From: Gemmatimonadota bacterium
GTDB lineage: Bacteria; JBHIER01; G020348925
DNA length: 64,000 bases
Direction: 5' to 3'
NCBI GenBank assembly: GCA_020348925.1
Contig: CP070758.1
Coordinates: forward strand, 2,183,688-2,247,687
Shown here: piece by piece, positions 28,733-38,709 of the stretch
How positions within the stretch are numbered: position 1 is the stretch's first letter
Layout: the number at the start of each line of letters is the position of its first letter
Program-made: the position numbers and the translations under genes
The notes under the pieces: generated by a model
Told to the model about the DNA's origin: nothing
What the model saw: the letters and a program-made list of their open reading frames with translations, nothing else
Databases searched by the model: none

Positions 28733-28916
28733 AACCAGCCCCCCTTTTCTGATTGTGACAATCGGTCAGAGGAGATCGTAAACGTGCGGAGAATTCTCAA
28801 GAATTCCTGCTCTCGACAACACCCCCTGTCGTTGCCCGGTGTCTTTCTCCGTCCCTTCAATTCTCCTCCCTCTGCGTATATTGTATCGTAACTGTACTCT
28901 TTGAAGTTTATCTCTC

Positions 28917-29942
28917 TTAGAAGCCCACTCCCATTGAGAAGCGATGGACACCTTCCAAAATACCCAAATCGGAATAGGCGTAATCGATCCTCACATCGCC
29001 CAGATCGCTGATGTCAAACTTAAATCCAGCTCCAAAGCTGACTGTTTGGCTATCGTGCCGGGCCATGTAACCGGCCCGAAAGGCAATCAGGTCCATGAGC
29101 CAATATTCCGCTCCCATGTTGAGTCGCTCCATGTTGTCGTTGGGGTGATCGGCTTCGACACAGGCTGTCAGAAAATGCTCCTCCGTATCAAGTAAGTCCA
29201 TGGCCAATCCGACCCGAAAGGTTAACGGCATGTGGTACTTTCTGTATCCAGTCGCCTCTTCGGTGACAAATTCGCCCTCCCCTGGGTCAAACCCGAAAAA
29301 GTCCTCCACCTCTCCTGGAGGGGACAACTCCGGGCCAAAGTTCTGGATCGACATACCCATGCGCAGGGATTTGTACCCTGTGAAATAGAGTGTGCCGATG
29401 TCGACTCCCCACACGGATGTGGCCATCCTCTCGTCAGTGGCAGGGTTGTCCACTCCGAAATCCTCCCTGACGATTTTCACGTTCCCGCCGACGGCAAATT
29501 TGTCCGTCAGCCATCTGGCAAAGGAGACCCCCAGCATCAGATCGGAATAGCTGAACTTCTCACCCGTCCCTTGGGGTTGTTCGACGGTGGTCACATTCAT
29601 ATCGCCGGACCCCAGATAACAGAAACTCAAGCCGACTGTGCCAATCCCTTCCAGTGTTTTGGCGAAACCGGCGGCCTGGAGCCCGATATCGGCGACCCAT
29701 TCTGTGTGGGAGAGGTGTACATCGTTCTTCTCCACCAACACCAGACCGGCTGGATTCCAGAAGATGGCCGACGCATCATTGGCCACAGCAACGTATGCCT
29801 CCGACATAGCCACTGCTCTCGCCCCAATGCCTATTTTCAGGAACTGTGCTCCGGAAGTTCCCACTTTGGCAAATTCTTGGCCGGATACGGCCAGGGGGAG
29901 GCAGAGTCCAAGTACACTTATAAAAACGATCGCTTTTCTCAT
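28917..29942 (-). CDS. PorV/PorQ-family T9SS-associated outer-membrane beta-barrel protein (second copy)
   Basis: Signal peptide, then ...GAQFLKIGIGARAVAMSEAYVAVANDASAIFWNPAGL. 341 aa, ending ...SMGVGF. It is paralogous to 1141-2193. Confidence 0.75.
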   Translation of the reverse strand: MRKAIVFISVLGLCLPLAVSGQEFAKVGTSGAQFLKIGIGARAVAMSEAYVAVANDASAIFWNPAGLVLVEKNDVHLSHTEWVADIGLQAAGFAKTLEGIGTVGLSFCYLGSGDMNVTTVEQPQGTGEKFSYSDLMLGVSFARWLTDKFAVGGNVKIVREDFGVDNPATDERMATSVWGVDIGTLYFTGYKSLRMGMSIQNFGPELSPPGEVEDFFGFDPGEGEFVTEEATGYRKYHMPLTFRVGLAMDLLDTEEHFLTACVEADHPNDNMERLNMGAEYWLMDLIAFRAGYMARHDSQTVSFGAGFKFDISDLGDVRIDYAYSDLGILEGVHRFSMGVGF

Positions 29943-29994
29943 CTTAGCGCCCCTCCTTCTATGAATGCTTTGGTCTCTGGATATTTCATATGTC

Positions 29995-32523
29995 TTATTC
30001 GGCCATTAAGATGACAAACTTATCGATTCTTTTTTCGTTCGGAGTCTCGACGACGTACAGATAGAGACCGCTCACGACACTCTGGTCGTTACGAGAGATC
30101 AGATCCCATTCCTCACTGTCGGCACCGGCGAAACTACTGTTCTGATCGTGATAGATTTCATAGACCAAGTCTCCTGTCAGGGTAAAAATGGAGATTTTAC
30201 AGACAGGAGGCAGATTGATGAACATGATTTTATCGTGGTACTGCCTCTCCCACTTGGCCGTTCCCAAATACGGATTCGGAACGACCTTCACACTGTCAAC
30301 CGATGGTGTCGGATCTCCCTCCTCATAGTAAACGACCGGGACCACACCCGAAGGGCCTCCGGTTTCAGGATCTGTTTTGTAGTTTGAACGCGAACTCTCC
30401 TGAGGAGGAAGGAACACGCCGTGGACGTCCTGCTGCCGGCCGAAATCGTACGCAACGATAGAATAATAATATGGCAGTCCGTTCAGTGGAGGATTTATGG
30501 GGTTTCCCCACGGAGTGACGTACGTTTTGTTGCCATCAGCGTCCTCTATGGAGTCCAGACTCTCCGGATCGCAGAACTGGTGATCCGGTGGGATCGATGG
30601 CAGATCCACTAAAATGGGATTCCCCGTCTCGTCTTTCAAAGTGTCTCCCCCCGTGACCCAAACAGCCACCGAATCGTCAACATTATCGTAGGCGTAGATG
30701 AGCTCCCACCCTGCAGGCTTATACAGGCTTCGATAAATCTTATACCCCCTGAAATCGAGAAGGTTATCCTTCACATCAGGGGTTCCCTCGGCGACATTAT
30801 CCCAGACCAGGGTCACTTTGCGGTTGCCGGCACTGTAATTCAAAACAGGCACGAGAGGCGGAGCAGGAAGGACCCAATGGTTGTCACAGTCAAAACATGA
30901 GGGATGATACGGATCGCTGTGAGTGCTCCCTTCGTAGTACGCCAGGAGGGCGGTGTCGAGATGTTTCCGCACACCCTCAAGTCCGCGGCCGACAGCCACA
31001 GCGTAGACGAAAGACAGGGTGTCACCCTCATTGAAATCAAAGGGTCCGGTGGACTGAAGCCACCGATAATCGAAAACAGGAGCGTTGAAGTCGGAATGGT
31101 GGGGGTTGACCATGTACCGTTTCCCCTTCATGGCAACATGACGACCGTCCATATACTCCAGTTTCTCCGTATCACTTCCCGGATCGCTCTCCCAATTCCA
31201 CCAGCTGTGACAGTACGGCATCATAAGACTGTCCGAGAGCGTATAGACGGTGGAGTCCTCCTGAGTTGGAGGGCCGGAATAATTGTAATAGGCCGACAAT
31301 TTATCGCCGACAGGAAGCTTTTTCACCTCACTATTTGTTCCCGTATAAATCAATCTCCCTCCGATGTATCCATCGCAGGGATAGGGCACCTGTGCCCGTT
31401 CCTGAAAGTCGTTCTCCGGTGTCGTTTGATGATCACCATCGTAAATGTAGGACATGTTCCTCGGAACAGCGAATCCGTAGACGACGATTGAGTCCTGCAC
31501 GTCCGGGTGCTTGAAGGCAATTCGCTGCCCGCGTAACTGGGCCACACTATTTACAAAATCCTCCGCTAAGAGGAGCGTGTACTCGTCCGGAAATCCATCG
31601 GGTTCAACAAGCCCCTCGTCATAGTTGGGATTGTCAGGATCCCCGTACGGGACACCCCACTCATCGTATCCGGTGATCTTATCACCGTCCCAGTCGAAGG
31701 GATCGACGATGTCACCTCTGTTGAAAGGGAGACCTGGGGGAACTTCAGGAAGCTCGTCCGTTCTTGAGTCGTTCCTGTCTGTATACTGAGAACCGTCCCA
31801 GCCATCGAAATCGACGAGATCATCGATATGGGGGTCGGACACATCCAGCTGACAGTTGTCAGCATCGAAGATCCAGGCCGCGTAGAAATTTTCGTAGTCC
31901 TTCGTCCCTTCATTAATGATCTTCAATTCAAAAGCGATAATATCGTCGTAGTCGGGCATCGACCATGTCAGACCTCTCTGGAGGACGCGCACATTTAACG
32001 GAGTGTGACCTAAAATACTTTCCTTATCATCATACTCGACGTAGCTGTCGAGAATCCCTCTGGCTTGCGAACCGCTGATGTAGTTGACGGCAATGCGCTC
32101 CACACCGCTGGGGTCCGTGAACAGGGGACCGCTGTTGGCTACCGGATAGAACTCGTAGTTACCGTAATCGGCGTGGCTGACAACATCCTCACCATCAACT
32201 AAGGCACCACACCAGAAGCGACCCTCCCAATTGTATCCATTCTCTGACCCTCCGGGCCACTCGAAGTTCGGCCACTGAAAGTTGGCGTTTCCGTAGATCC
32301 CGTGATTGCTCACGCACGTCCAGAGGGCACCGATGTTATGTATCTGGCCGGTCTCACTGGCATACCACTGTAAACCCTGCTCACCGGTCGGTTTGGCCTG
32401 GGACATGGGGGAGGTCACAGAGCCCTTTGTCCGAGCTTCTGTTTCGCTCACAACACAGCCGAGAAGCAAAGAGAAACCGGCTAAGACACATAAGACGAAC
32501 AGTACCTTTGATTTAATCTTCAT
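29995..32523 (-). CDS. Large surface protein (842 aa) with a lipoprotein-type signal (LLLGC), acidic DxD-rich loops, an FN3-like module and a divergent T9SS-like C-terminal domain. It is a paralog of 2210-6127.
   Basis: The MKIKSKVLFVLCVLAGFSLLLGC lipobox. ...KVTLVWDNV...FRGYKIYRS...YYYSIVAYDFG (FN3-like). The C-terminus is VKVVPNPYL...KISIFTLTGDLVYEIYHD...EEWDL...SGLYLYVVET...KFVILMAE. Confidence 0.8.
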   Translation of the reverse strand: MKIKSKVLFVLCVLAGFSLLLGCVVSETEARTKGSVTSPMSQAKPTGEQGLQWYASETGQIHNIGALWTCVSNHGIYGNANFQWPNFEWPGGSENGYNWEGRFWCGALVDGEDVVSHADYGNYEFYPVANSGPLFTDPSGVERIAVNYISGSQARGILDSYVEYDDKESILGHTPLNVRVLQRGLTWSMPDYDDIIAFELKIINEGTKDYENFYAAWIFDADNCQLDVSDPHIDDLVDFDGWDGSQYTDRNDSRTDELPEVPPGLPFNRGDIVDPFDWDGDKITGYDEWGVPYGDPDNPNYDEGLVEPDGFPDEYTLLLAEDFVNSVAQLRGQRIAFKHPDVQDSIVVYGFAVPRNMSYIYDGDHQTTPENDFQERAQVPYPCDGYIGGRLIYTGTNSEVKKLPVGDKLSAYYNYSGPPTQEDSTVYTLSDSLMMPYCHSWWNWESDPGSDTEKLEYMDGRHVAMKGKRYMVNPHHSDFNAPVFDYRWLQSTGPFDFNEGDTLSFVYAVAVGRGLEGVRKHLDTALLAYYEGSTHSDPYHPSCFDCDNHWVLPAPPLVPVLNYSAGNRKVTLVWDNVAEGTPDVKDNLLDFRGYKIYRSLYKPAGWELIYAYDNVDDSVAVWVTGGDTLKDETGNPILVDLPSIPPDHQFCDPESLDSIEDADGNKTYVTPWGNPINPPLNGLPYYYSIVAYDFGRQQDVHGVFLPPQESSRSNYKTDPETGGPSGVVPVVYYEEGDPTPSVDSVKVVPNPYLGTAKWERQYHDKIMFINLPPVCKISIFTLTGDLVYEIYHDQNSSFAGADSEEWDLISRNDQSVVSGLYLYVVETPNEKRIDKFVILMAE

Positions 32524-32606
32524 CGCCTTTCACCTCCAGAAAAGTTCACCTCTCAAACAAGGGGAGCGGCTGTTGCGTCAACAGCCGCTCCCCTCCCCAT
32601 TGCATT

Positions 32607-35600
32607 TTAGAAAGAGAGCATAAGCCCGGCCCGGACGATTCGCCGCGGGTCCCAAACATATTTCGCCTCGTACTTTCCTTCGGGATCGTTATCGGGAACG
32701 CCGTCGTTATTACTGTCCTGGCTATCGTACCATCCCACTTCATCGATGTTCGACATGTTCTTTTTATTGAACAGGTTCTTGACTTCGAGGAAAAACATCG
32801 GCTTGAACCGGCCGAAGGCGAATCCTTTGTCAATTTTCATATCGGTCCTGTAAGTGGATGGCCTGCGCTCTGTGTTGTTCCGAATCTCTTTGGTCCTCTG
32901 CTCCTCCGTGTAGGGCAAACCGCTCCCGTACGTGAAGAAGAGGTTGATACCCGTATTGTTGAGAAAGGACAGGCCGAGGAAATCGTCATTTTCCGGAATT
33001 CGTAAGTCCAGGTTGAGGTTGAACGTATGGGGCTGGTCCCAATCGAGGGGCCATTCGACGGTCGGCTCGATGTTTTCCGCCCAGGCAATGAGATACCCCT
33101 GAAAAAATCCCGAGCTCTTTCCCCTGGCCAATTGATAGGTGTAGTTGACCGTACCGGAGACGTAATAGGTCGGCCGTTTCACCAGTGAGATTTCAAAGCC
33201 GCGGACATTCCCGTAATCGGTATTGATGGTCAGACCGTACCAGTTATCGGCCGTGTAAAAGACCGATCGCGTATCGGTTAACCCTATGATGTCCTTATAG
33301 AAACCCTTTACCGTCATCTTCAACGACTCGTCCAAATAAGGAAAGAGGTGCTCCACTCCCAGCTCGTAGGACGTGGTCCGTTCCGGTGTGAGATTCGGAT
33401 TGCCGATCAGGGGAAAGGCCCCCTGCAGGTTGTAATTGATGTTCCTGAAGAGATAGTCGAGCCTCGGAATCTGGAAATACCGGCCGTAGCTGAAGTAGAG
33501 TTTGTCCCGTTCCGTAATAGGATGGGACACACCCAATCTCGGGCTCCAGTAGTCCTTCGTCTTGACAGAGGTCGGGTTCTTTATAGAACCACCATCGATG
33601 GGATCAGGCGTCGGATCAGTGAGATCACTGGGGTAGTTGTTGTAATTGGCGTGGAAGAAATCGTAGCGCATTCCGGCATTGACAATCATGCCCTCGAATT
33701 CCATCTTGTCCTGAATGTAAATCGCCCCACCTCTCGGGTAGACTCTGAACCGTTCGTTGTAGGTGTTCCCGCCCGAAGCCATATCGATCTCAAAGTTGTA
33801 GATGTCGTACCACTGCATCTCCATTCCGGTCTTGAGCTGATGCCGCGTGTTCACCTGGCTCGTCACATCGAGGCTCACGGTGGTGACGGTCTTCTCGGAT
33901 TCCATCCACCGATCGCGATAATACGTGGTGCCGTCACCGTACTTGTAAAAGTCATCCACATCCCTCGAATTCCCGAAAGGCGTATTGGCATATTCTATCC
34001 AGTTGCTCTTCTCCTCGGATTCCGGTTCGGATTGTCTATCCCAGAAACCATCACCGTTGAGGTCCTCAAAAGGAGGAGGACCGATCTCGGAGGCATCGAT
34101 GTAATAGTTGTTGTTCTCATCTCGAAAGAGATCCGTACCGTAGGGATCGAACACACCATTCCCATTCAGATCCTCATTGGCATCCAGCCTTCCGTTCAGA
34201 TTGACATCCCACTCGTGAGCTCTCTCGTTGATCTGGCTCAAGAAGAACGTGTGGTAACGGTCTATTTTAAACTCATAAAAAGTGCTCGGACTCAGGGTGT
34301 GACTCCACGTGACGGCCAGCTGATCGGTGGTCCGTTCAGCCACTGGTATGTGGTCCAACATGTTATGACCGCCATGCAGGTTTCCGCCGGCGTCCCTGTA
34401 ACCGTTGAGCACTCCGTTGTGATCAAGATCCTCTGTATCCAAATAACCGTCACCGTCCAGATCCTCGTAATCCTGGACGCGTCCGTCCCCCTCGCCCTCA
34501 TCGCCAGTTCCAGGGATGCCATCGCGTCCGACATCCTCGGTATCAAGCTGTCCGTTGTCGAACCACGGGTTCCCATTTTGGTCCAAGAACACCCCATCAC
34601 GAGCCTGGGGAACAACCTCGACCCATTGGTTCGCGGTGGAGTCCCAGCCTGCTGGGTCGAAGTAGCCGTAATCCTCCAACAAATCCTCATAGGTCGTCCG
34701 CCGGTAGAGATTATACGTGTCCCCGAAGGGTCGAACCATGAAGGTGTTATAGTCGTCCCAGGATTTCAGACCGCTGACGGAGACCTTGTAAGCCGGGGCC
34801 GGCTTGTACGTCACCTTGCCTAAAATGTTCTTCTCCTTGTGGTCCGAATACGGAAATCGACCGTCGTAGTAATTGATATCTCCTGAAACAACGAAATTCA
34901 TCTTGCCGGGCAGGGATTTAAAGAGATAGGATGAGATCGGCTCCGGCCCTGAGAGGTTGAATTCCATCCGTCTCATTTTTTCGTGGCCCTCAACGTGTCC
35001 GGTCCCCGGAATTTTCATCTCATCTTTTCTGTAAAAATATTCGTTCTCATCGAGTTCATCCAAACCCCAATCGCTCGTTTTGAGGCGTACCTTTCCAGCC
35101 CACTTTGGGGTTCCCTCTTTGGCTACGAAGTTGACGATGCCCGACTGCGCATTGGCGTACTCGGCACCATATCCACCGGTCATGACCACCGTCTCCTCGA
35201 CGCCGAGCTCGGGCACATTCGAGTCGAAATTACCGGTATATGGATCCATGAGAGGACTCCCGTCGAGCATATAGACCGCCTCTCCCGTCCGACCGCCCCG
35301 AAAGTGACCATCGACGACACCTGCTTGATAGCTCACCAAATCCTCAACTTGATCTGTGGGTGTGCGCTCGATTGCCACGGCCGGAATAATCTCCGTACTG
35401 GACGTAATGTCCTTTTGGATCATGGGTCTTTCGGCCGTGACCGTGACCGCTTCGAACTCGATGATCGTTGGGTTCAATTCAAAATTGACCGTCGTCGTCA
35501 GATCGACACTCACGGCGACATTCGTCCACGACATGGAATTGTATCCGACCATGGACGCTTTTAAAACGTAAGTACCGGGTGGGACATTGAGGATAAAATA

Positions 35601-35786
35601 CTCTCCGTTCAGATTTGTCGCCGCACCCATTGTCGTTCCTTCAACGACAATATTGGCGCCGGGTAGGGGATCTCCAGAATCTTTATCCTTCACGACTCCG
35701 GCAATTTTGCCCGTCACCCCTCCGAACACAACACCCGGCATTAAGGCAAAGACCAAAAAAGATAAGAACAATTTGCCTATCTTCAT
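32607..35786 (-). CDS. SusC-like TonB-dependent receptor with an N-terminal carboxypeptidase-regulatory-like domain (about 1060 aa from MKIGKLFLSF...)
   Basis: AAGGAGG RBS, then ATG at 35786. GKIAGVVKDKDSGDPLPGANIVVEGTTMGAATNLNGEYFILNVPPGTYVLKASMVGYNS matches the CarbopepD_reg-like domain. Plug and barrel follow, ending ...GLMLSF. An extracellular segment carries multiple DxDxDG loops. Confidence 0.85.
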   Translation of the reverse strand: MKIGKLFLSFLVFALMPGVVFGGVTGKIAGVVKDKDSGDPLPGANIVVEGTTMGAATNLNGEYFILNVPPGTYVLKASMVGYNSMSWTNVAVSVDLTTTVNFELNPTIIEFEAVTVTAERPMIQKDITSSTEIIPAVAIERTPTDQVEDLVSYQAGVVDGHFRGGRTGEAVYMLDGSPLMDPYTGNFDSNVPELGVEETVVMTGGYGAEYANAQSGIVNFVAKEGTPKWAGKVRLKTSDWGLDELDENEYFYRKDEMKIPGTGHVEGHEKMRRMEFNLSGPEPISSYLFKSLPGKMNFVVSGDINYYDGRFPYSDHKEKNILGKVTYKPAPAYKVSVSGLKSWDDYNTFMVRPFGDTYNLYRRTTYEDLLEDYGYFDPAGWDSTANQWVEVVPQARDGVFLDQNGNPWFDNGQLDTEDVGRDGIPGTGDEGEGDGRVQDYEDLDGDGYLDTEDLDHNGVLNGYRDAGGNLHGGHNMLDHIPVAERTTDQLAVTWSHTLSPSTFYEFKIDRYHTFFLSQINERAHEWDVNLNGRLDANEDLNGNGVFDPYGTDLFRDENNNYYIDASEIGPPPFEDLNGDGFWDRQSEPESEEKSNWIEYANTPFGNSRDVDDFYKYGDGTTYYRDRWMESEKTVTTVSLDVTSQVNTRHQLKTGMEMQWYDIYNFEIDMASGGNTYNERFRVYPRGGAIYIQDKMEFEGMIVNAGMRYDFFHANYNNYPSDLTDPTPDPIDGGSIKNPTSVKTKDYWSPRLGVSHPITERDKLYFSYGRYFQIPRLDYLFRNINYNLQGAFPLIGNPNLTPERTTSYELGVEHLFPYLDESLKMTVKGFYKDIIGLTDTRSVFYTADNWYGLTINTDYGNVRGFEISLVKRPTYYVSGTVNYTYQLARGKSSGFFQGYLIAWAENIEPTVEWPLDWDQPHTFNLNLDLRIPENDDFLGLSFLNNTGINLFFTYGSGLPYTEEQRTKEIRNNTERRPSTYRTDMKIDKGFAFGRFKPMFFLEVKNLFNKKNMSNIDEVGWYDSQDSNNDGVPDNDPEGKYEAKYVWDPRRIVRAGLMLSF

Positions 35787-36404
35787 TTCAGGCACCTCCT
35801 TTCTCCGCTTAGGGCCCGACATCCTACTGTTACGAAAAGAACGAAAATCCATTGGCTTTGTTTGAACCCTCCTTCAAGTATAATTGTCTCGGCACCTCCT
35901 TGGCTTGGAATTCACGTCTTTTTCACGCAGTATCGTATCACCCCGCGTTCCTTCAAATACGTAACACACCCTATTCAGCTGCTCCCCTCCTTTCTTGATA
36001 AGATAAATGAAGACAAACGAAAACACATAAAGGTCATACTAAACCGTTTTAGAGGGGAGCAAATATTATGCCATAGGTAAATGTCCTTTCGCTTCTTCAG
36101 GAGTCAGGAATCACTCTAACAATAACTTTTTCCAAAGGTTAAAATAATATTCTTTTCATGGGCTCAACTTTAGATAGTCTGTTATGAACAGCGTCCTTAC
36201 AGACCTATAAATGTAGCACTTTTAGGGATTTTTGTCAACTCTTTTTTTCAGTTTTTTGGGAATTTCAAAAAAATCTTTGGAATCCCCCGGCAAAGGGGAA
36301 ATGATATCATCACTATTTTCATAATTATTATATAGTTAACAAATACATCAGTTTCAAAAATTTTCTCGCTCTTGTCTCAAATCGTGCAGTTGATCAACCG
36401 CAGA

Positions 36405-36448
36405 GGTGCAATTAGTTGCACGCATAGCCTGCAATTATTTGCACCCCA
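36405..36448. promoter_or_regulatory. Two adjacent 14-16-bp palindromes, GTGCAATTAGTTGCAC and TGCAATTATTTGCA: candidate regulator binding sites
   Basis: Read directly. They lie in the 680-bp intergenic region between the crotonase operon end and the TBDR operon start. Confidence 0.3.
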
Positions 36449-36533
36449 TCTCCGATATGTAACTCCTCGAGGCATCATAAGGTGAGAAAGGTTAAGCTTT
36501 TACTCTTTGAAAACGCATTCAATTTGGTTGAAG

Positions 36534-37307
36534 CTATCTGTTTTTCCAAACAGGTTTTCTCTTGTTCAGAAAGGCGCTTAATCCCTCATGAGCATCCTCC
36601 AAGCTCATGAGTTGATCAAGATAGACGGATTCAACATTCGAAATGGCTTCATCGACACTGGCATACAGCCCGATATCCACGGCCTTCTTCGTCAGCCTCA
36701 AGACAGGAGCGCTCAACGATTGCAGTTTGCTGACAAACTCTTCGGCTTTCTCCTGAAAATGTTCGTGAGGAAAAACTCTGTTTATCAACCCGATCCTCTC
36801 TGCTTCTCGGGCGCTTATAATTTCTCCGGTCAAGACCAACTCCAGGGCACGGTTTCTCCGGACGAGATGAGGAAATATTACGGCAGCAATAGGTGGGAGG
36901 ACACCGACCTTGATCTCGGGTTGGCCAAAGGTGGCCTCATCGGACGCGAGGACCATATCGCAAAACGTGGCCAGCTCGCAACCGCCCCCCAGGACCGCCC
37001 CGTGAACCACGGCCAGTGTCGGAGGCTCCAATGAATTGAGCAGTCGAAACATGCGGTGGAAGATTTCAATCATTTCGCTCACTTTCTCGGCCGTGTGTTC
37101 CTTGACGTCCACTCCCGCTGAAAAGGCCTTTCCCTCGCCGTTGAGGACCATCAACTTCACATCGGTCTTCGATTGAAGTTCCTCCAAGACCGTATTTATT
37201 TCCTTCATCATTTCAATGTTGAGGACATTCAGCGGCGGTCGGTTCAATATGATACGGGCCACACCATCTTTCTCCTCAAAAAGGATATGTTTCCAATGCT
37301 CCGGCAT
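36534..37307 (-). CDS. Enoyl-CoA hydratase/isomerase (crotonase) family protein; possibly dienoyl-CoA hydratase-like
   Basis: 257 aa. Crotonase fold motifs (...GEGKAFSAGVDVKE..., ...VHGAVLGGGCELA...). Confidence 0.8.
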   Translation of the reverse strand: MPEHWKHILFEEKDGVARIILNRPPLNVLNIEMMKEINTVLEELQSKTDVKLMVLNGEGKAFSAGVDVKEHTAEKVSEMIEIFHRMFRLLNSLEPPTLAVVHGAVLGGGCELATFCDMVLASDEATFGQPEIKVGVLPPIAAVIFPHLVRRNRALELVLTGEIISAREAERIGLINRVFPHEHFQEKAEEFVSKLQSLSAPVLRLTKKAVDIGLYASVDEAISNVESVYLDQLMSLEDAHEGLSAFLNKRKPVWKNR

Positions 37308-37420
37308 CTTGAGGTTCCTTTCGTTTATCTCTCTTGAATAGATTCACCCCTTGGGACAAAACAGGGACCCGAACATTCTTCCCGTTCCGAGTCCCTGTCG
37401 CCGTATCGCATCTTGCGCAT

Positions 37421-38608
37421 TTACGACTCGCGTTTTATTACTGTCGCCATGGTCACACCACCCCCACCGCAGATTCCCGCCACACCGTATTCACCGTCAT
37501 GGTGTTTCAACGCATAATAGAGTGTTACCAGGATCCTCGCCCCGCTGATACCCGTCGGATGGCCGAGGGCGATGGCCCCACCGTGGACGTTCACTTTTGA
37601 CCGGTCCCATTTGAGCACCTGTTCGTTGGCCAGCACCTGAACGGCGAAAGCCTCGTTGACCTCGATGAGATCCATAGTGTCCAAGGTCATGCCCGCCTTT
37701 TCCAAGGCCATGGGTATGGCTACACCGGGCCCCTCGCCCATGGTCGAAGCCTCAACGGCCGTGGAGGCATAGGAGACAATGGAGAAGAGTGGAGCAAGCC
37801 CCAGTGCTTTCGCCTTCTCCCGGGACATGACTACCATGGCAGTGGCCCCATCGGACATCTGACAGGCGTTACCGGCCGTGACCGAACCGTCTTTCTTGAA
37901 GACGGGTGGAAGCTTGGCCAGCTTCTCCACAGAGGTATCTTTGCGGATCGTCTCATCCTTGTCAAAAATGATCGGATCGCCCTTGCGTTGCGGCACCTCA
38001 ACAGGCACCAACTCTTCATCAAATCGCCCTTCATCCTGGGCCTTGGCCGCTTTCTGGTGGCTTTCAAAGGCAAACTGATCCTGATCCTCCCTGGAGATCT
38101 TATATTTTTCAACAAGGTTCTCGGCCGTCTGCCCCATACCCATGTCGTTCAAAGGATCGATGGAGTCGCTCCAGCCGTCCAAAATCTTCTTGTCCCCCAT
38201 CTTGAATCCCTGCCACCGGACATCTTTCAGCAGATAGGGAATGGTGCTCATGCTGTCCATCCCCCCGATGACTATGATCTCTCCGTCACCGAGGCGAATG
38301 GCCTGCGATGCCAGAGCTAAGGCCTTCATGGCTGAAGGACAGGCCTTGTTGATGGTATTGGTTGGAACCGACATCGGCACCCCGCCGCGCACGGAGGCGG
38401 TCCGTGAGGGATTGGGCCCGTTCCCCGCCTGGCGACAGTGGCCGAGGATCACCTCGTCAACCTGGTCCCCTTTGAGACTCGCCCTCTTCAGCGCTTCAGC
38501 AATGACTACTGCTCCGAGATCGTACGCGGGGATATCCTTCAACGTCCCCCCAAACCGTCCTGTCGGCGTCCGCACAGCGCTCACAACAACGACATCATTC
38601 AATTCCAT
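37421..38608 (-). CDS. Acetyl-CoA C-acyltransferase (thiolase); likely start MELNDVVVVSAVRTP
   Basis: Thiolase N-terminus ...RTPTGRFGG..., active-site Cys region, and C-terminus ...GICGGGG. Confidence 0.85.
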   Translation of the reverse strand: MELNDVVVVSAVRTPTGRFGGTLKDIPAYDLGAVVIAEALKRASLKGDQVDEVILGHCRQAGNGPNPSRTASVRGGVPMSVPTNTINKACPSAMKALALASQAIRLGDGEIIVIGGMDSMSTIPYLLKDVRWQGFKMGDKKILDGWSDSIDPLNDMGMGQTAENLVEKYKISREDQDQFAFESHQKAAKAQDEGRFDEELVPVEVPQRKGDPIIFDKDETIRKDTSVEKLAKLPPVFKKDGSVTAGNACQMSDGATAMVVMSREKAKALGLAPLFSIVSYASTAVEASTMGEGPGVAIPMALEKAGMTLDTMDLIEVNEAFAVQVLANEQVLKWDRSKVNVHGGAIALGHPTGISGARILVTLYYALKHHDGEYGVAGICGGGGVTMATVIKRES

Positions 38609-38709
38609 GAATTCCACCCTTTCTCTGAGATCGGAGTTACGCTTTTGCTGCTTCTTCAATGAGAACTGAAACCCATAAATGGGCAACTCCTAAAGAATGC
38701 ACCATACTT

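Noticed and set aside
33348-34823. 491-aa plus-strand ORF
   Set aside because: It lies entirely inside and antisense to the TBDR gene 32607-35786. Its Val/Ile/Arg-rich composition is typical of a GC-rich antisense frame.
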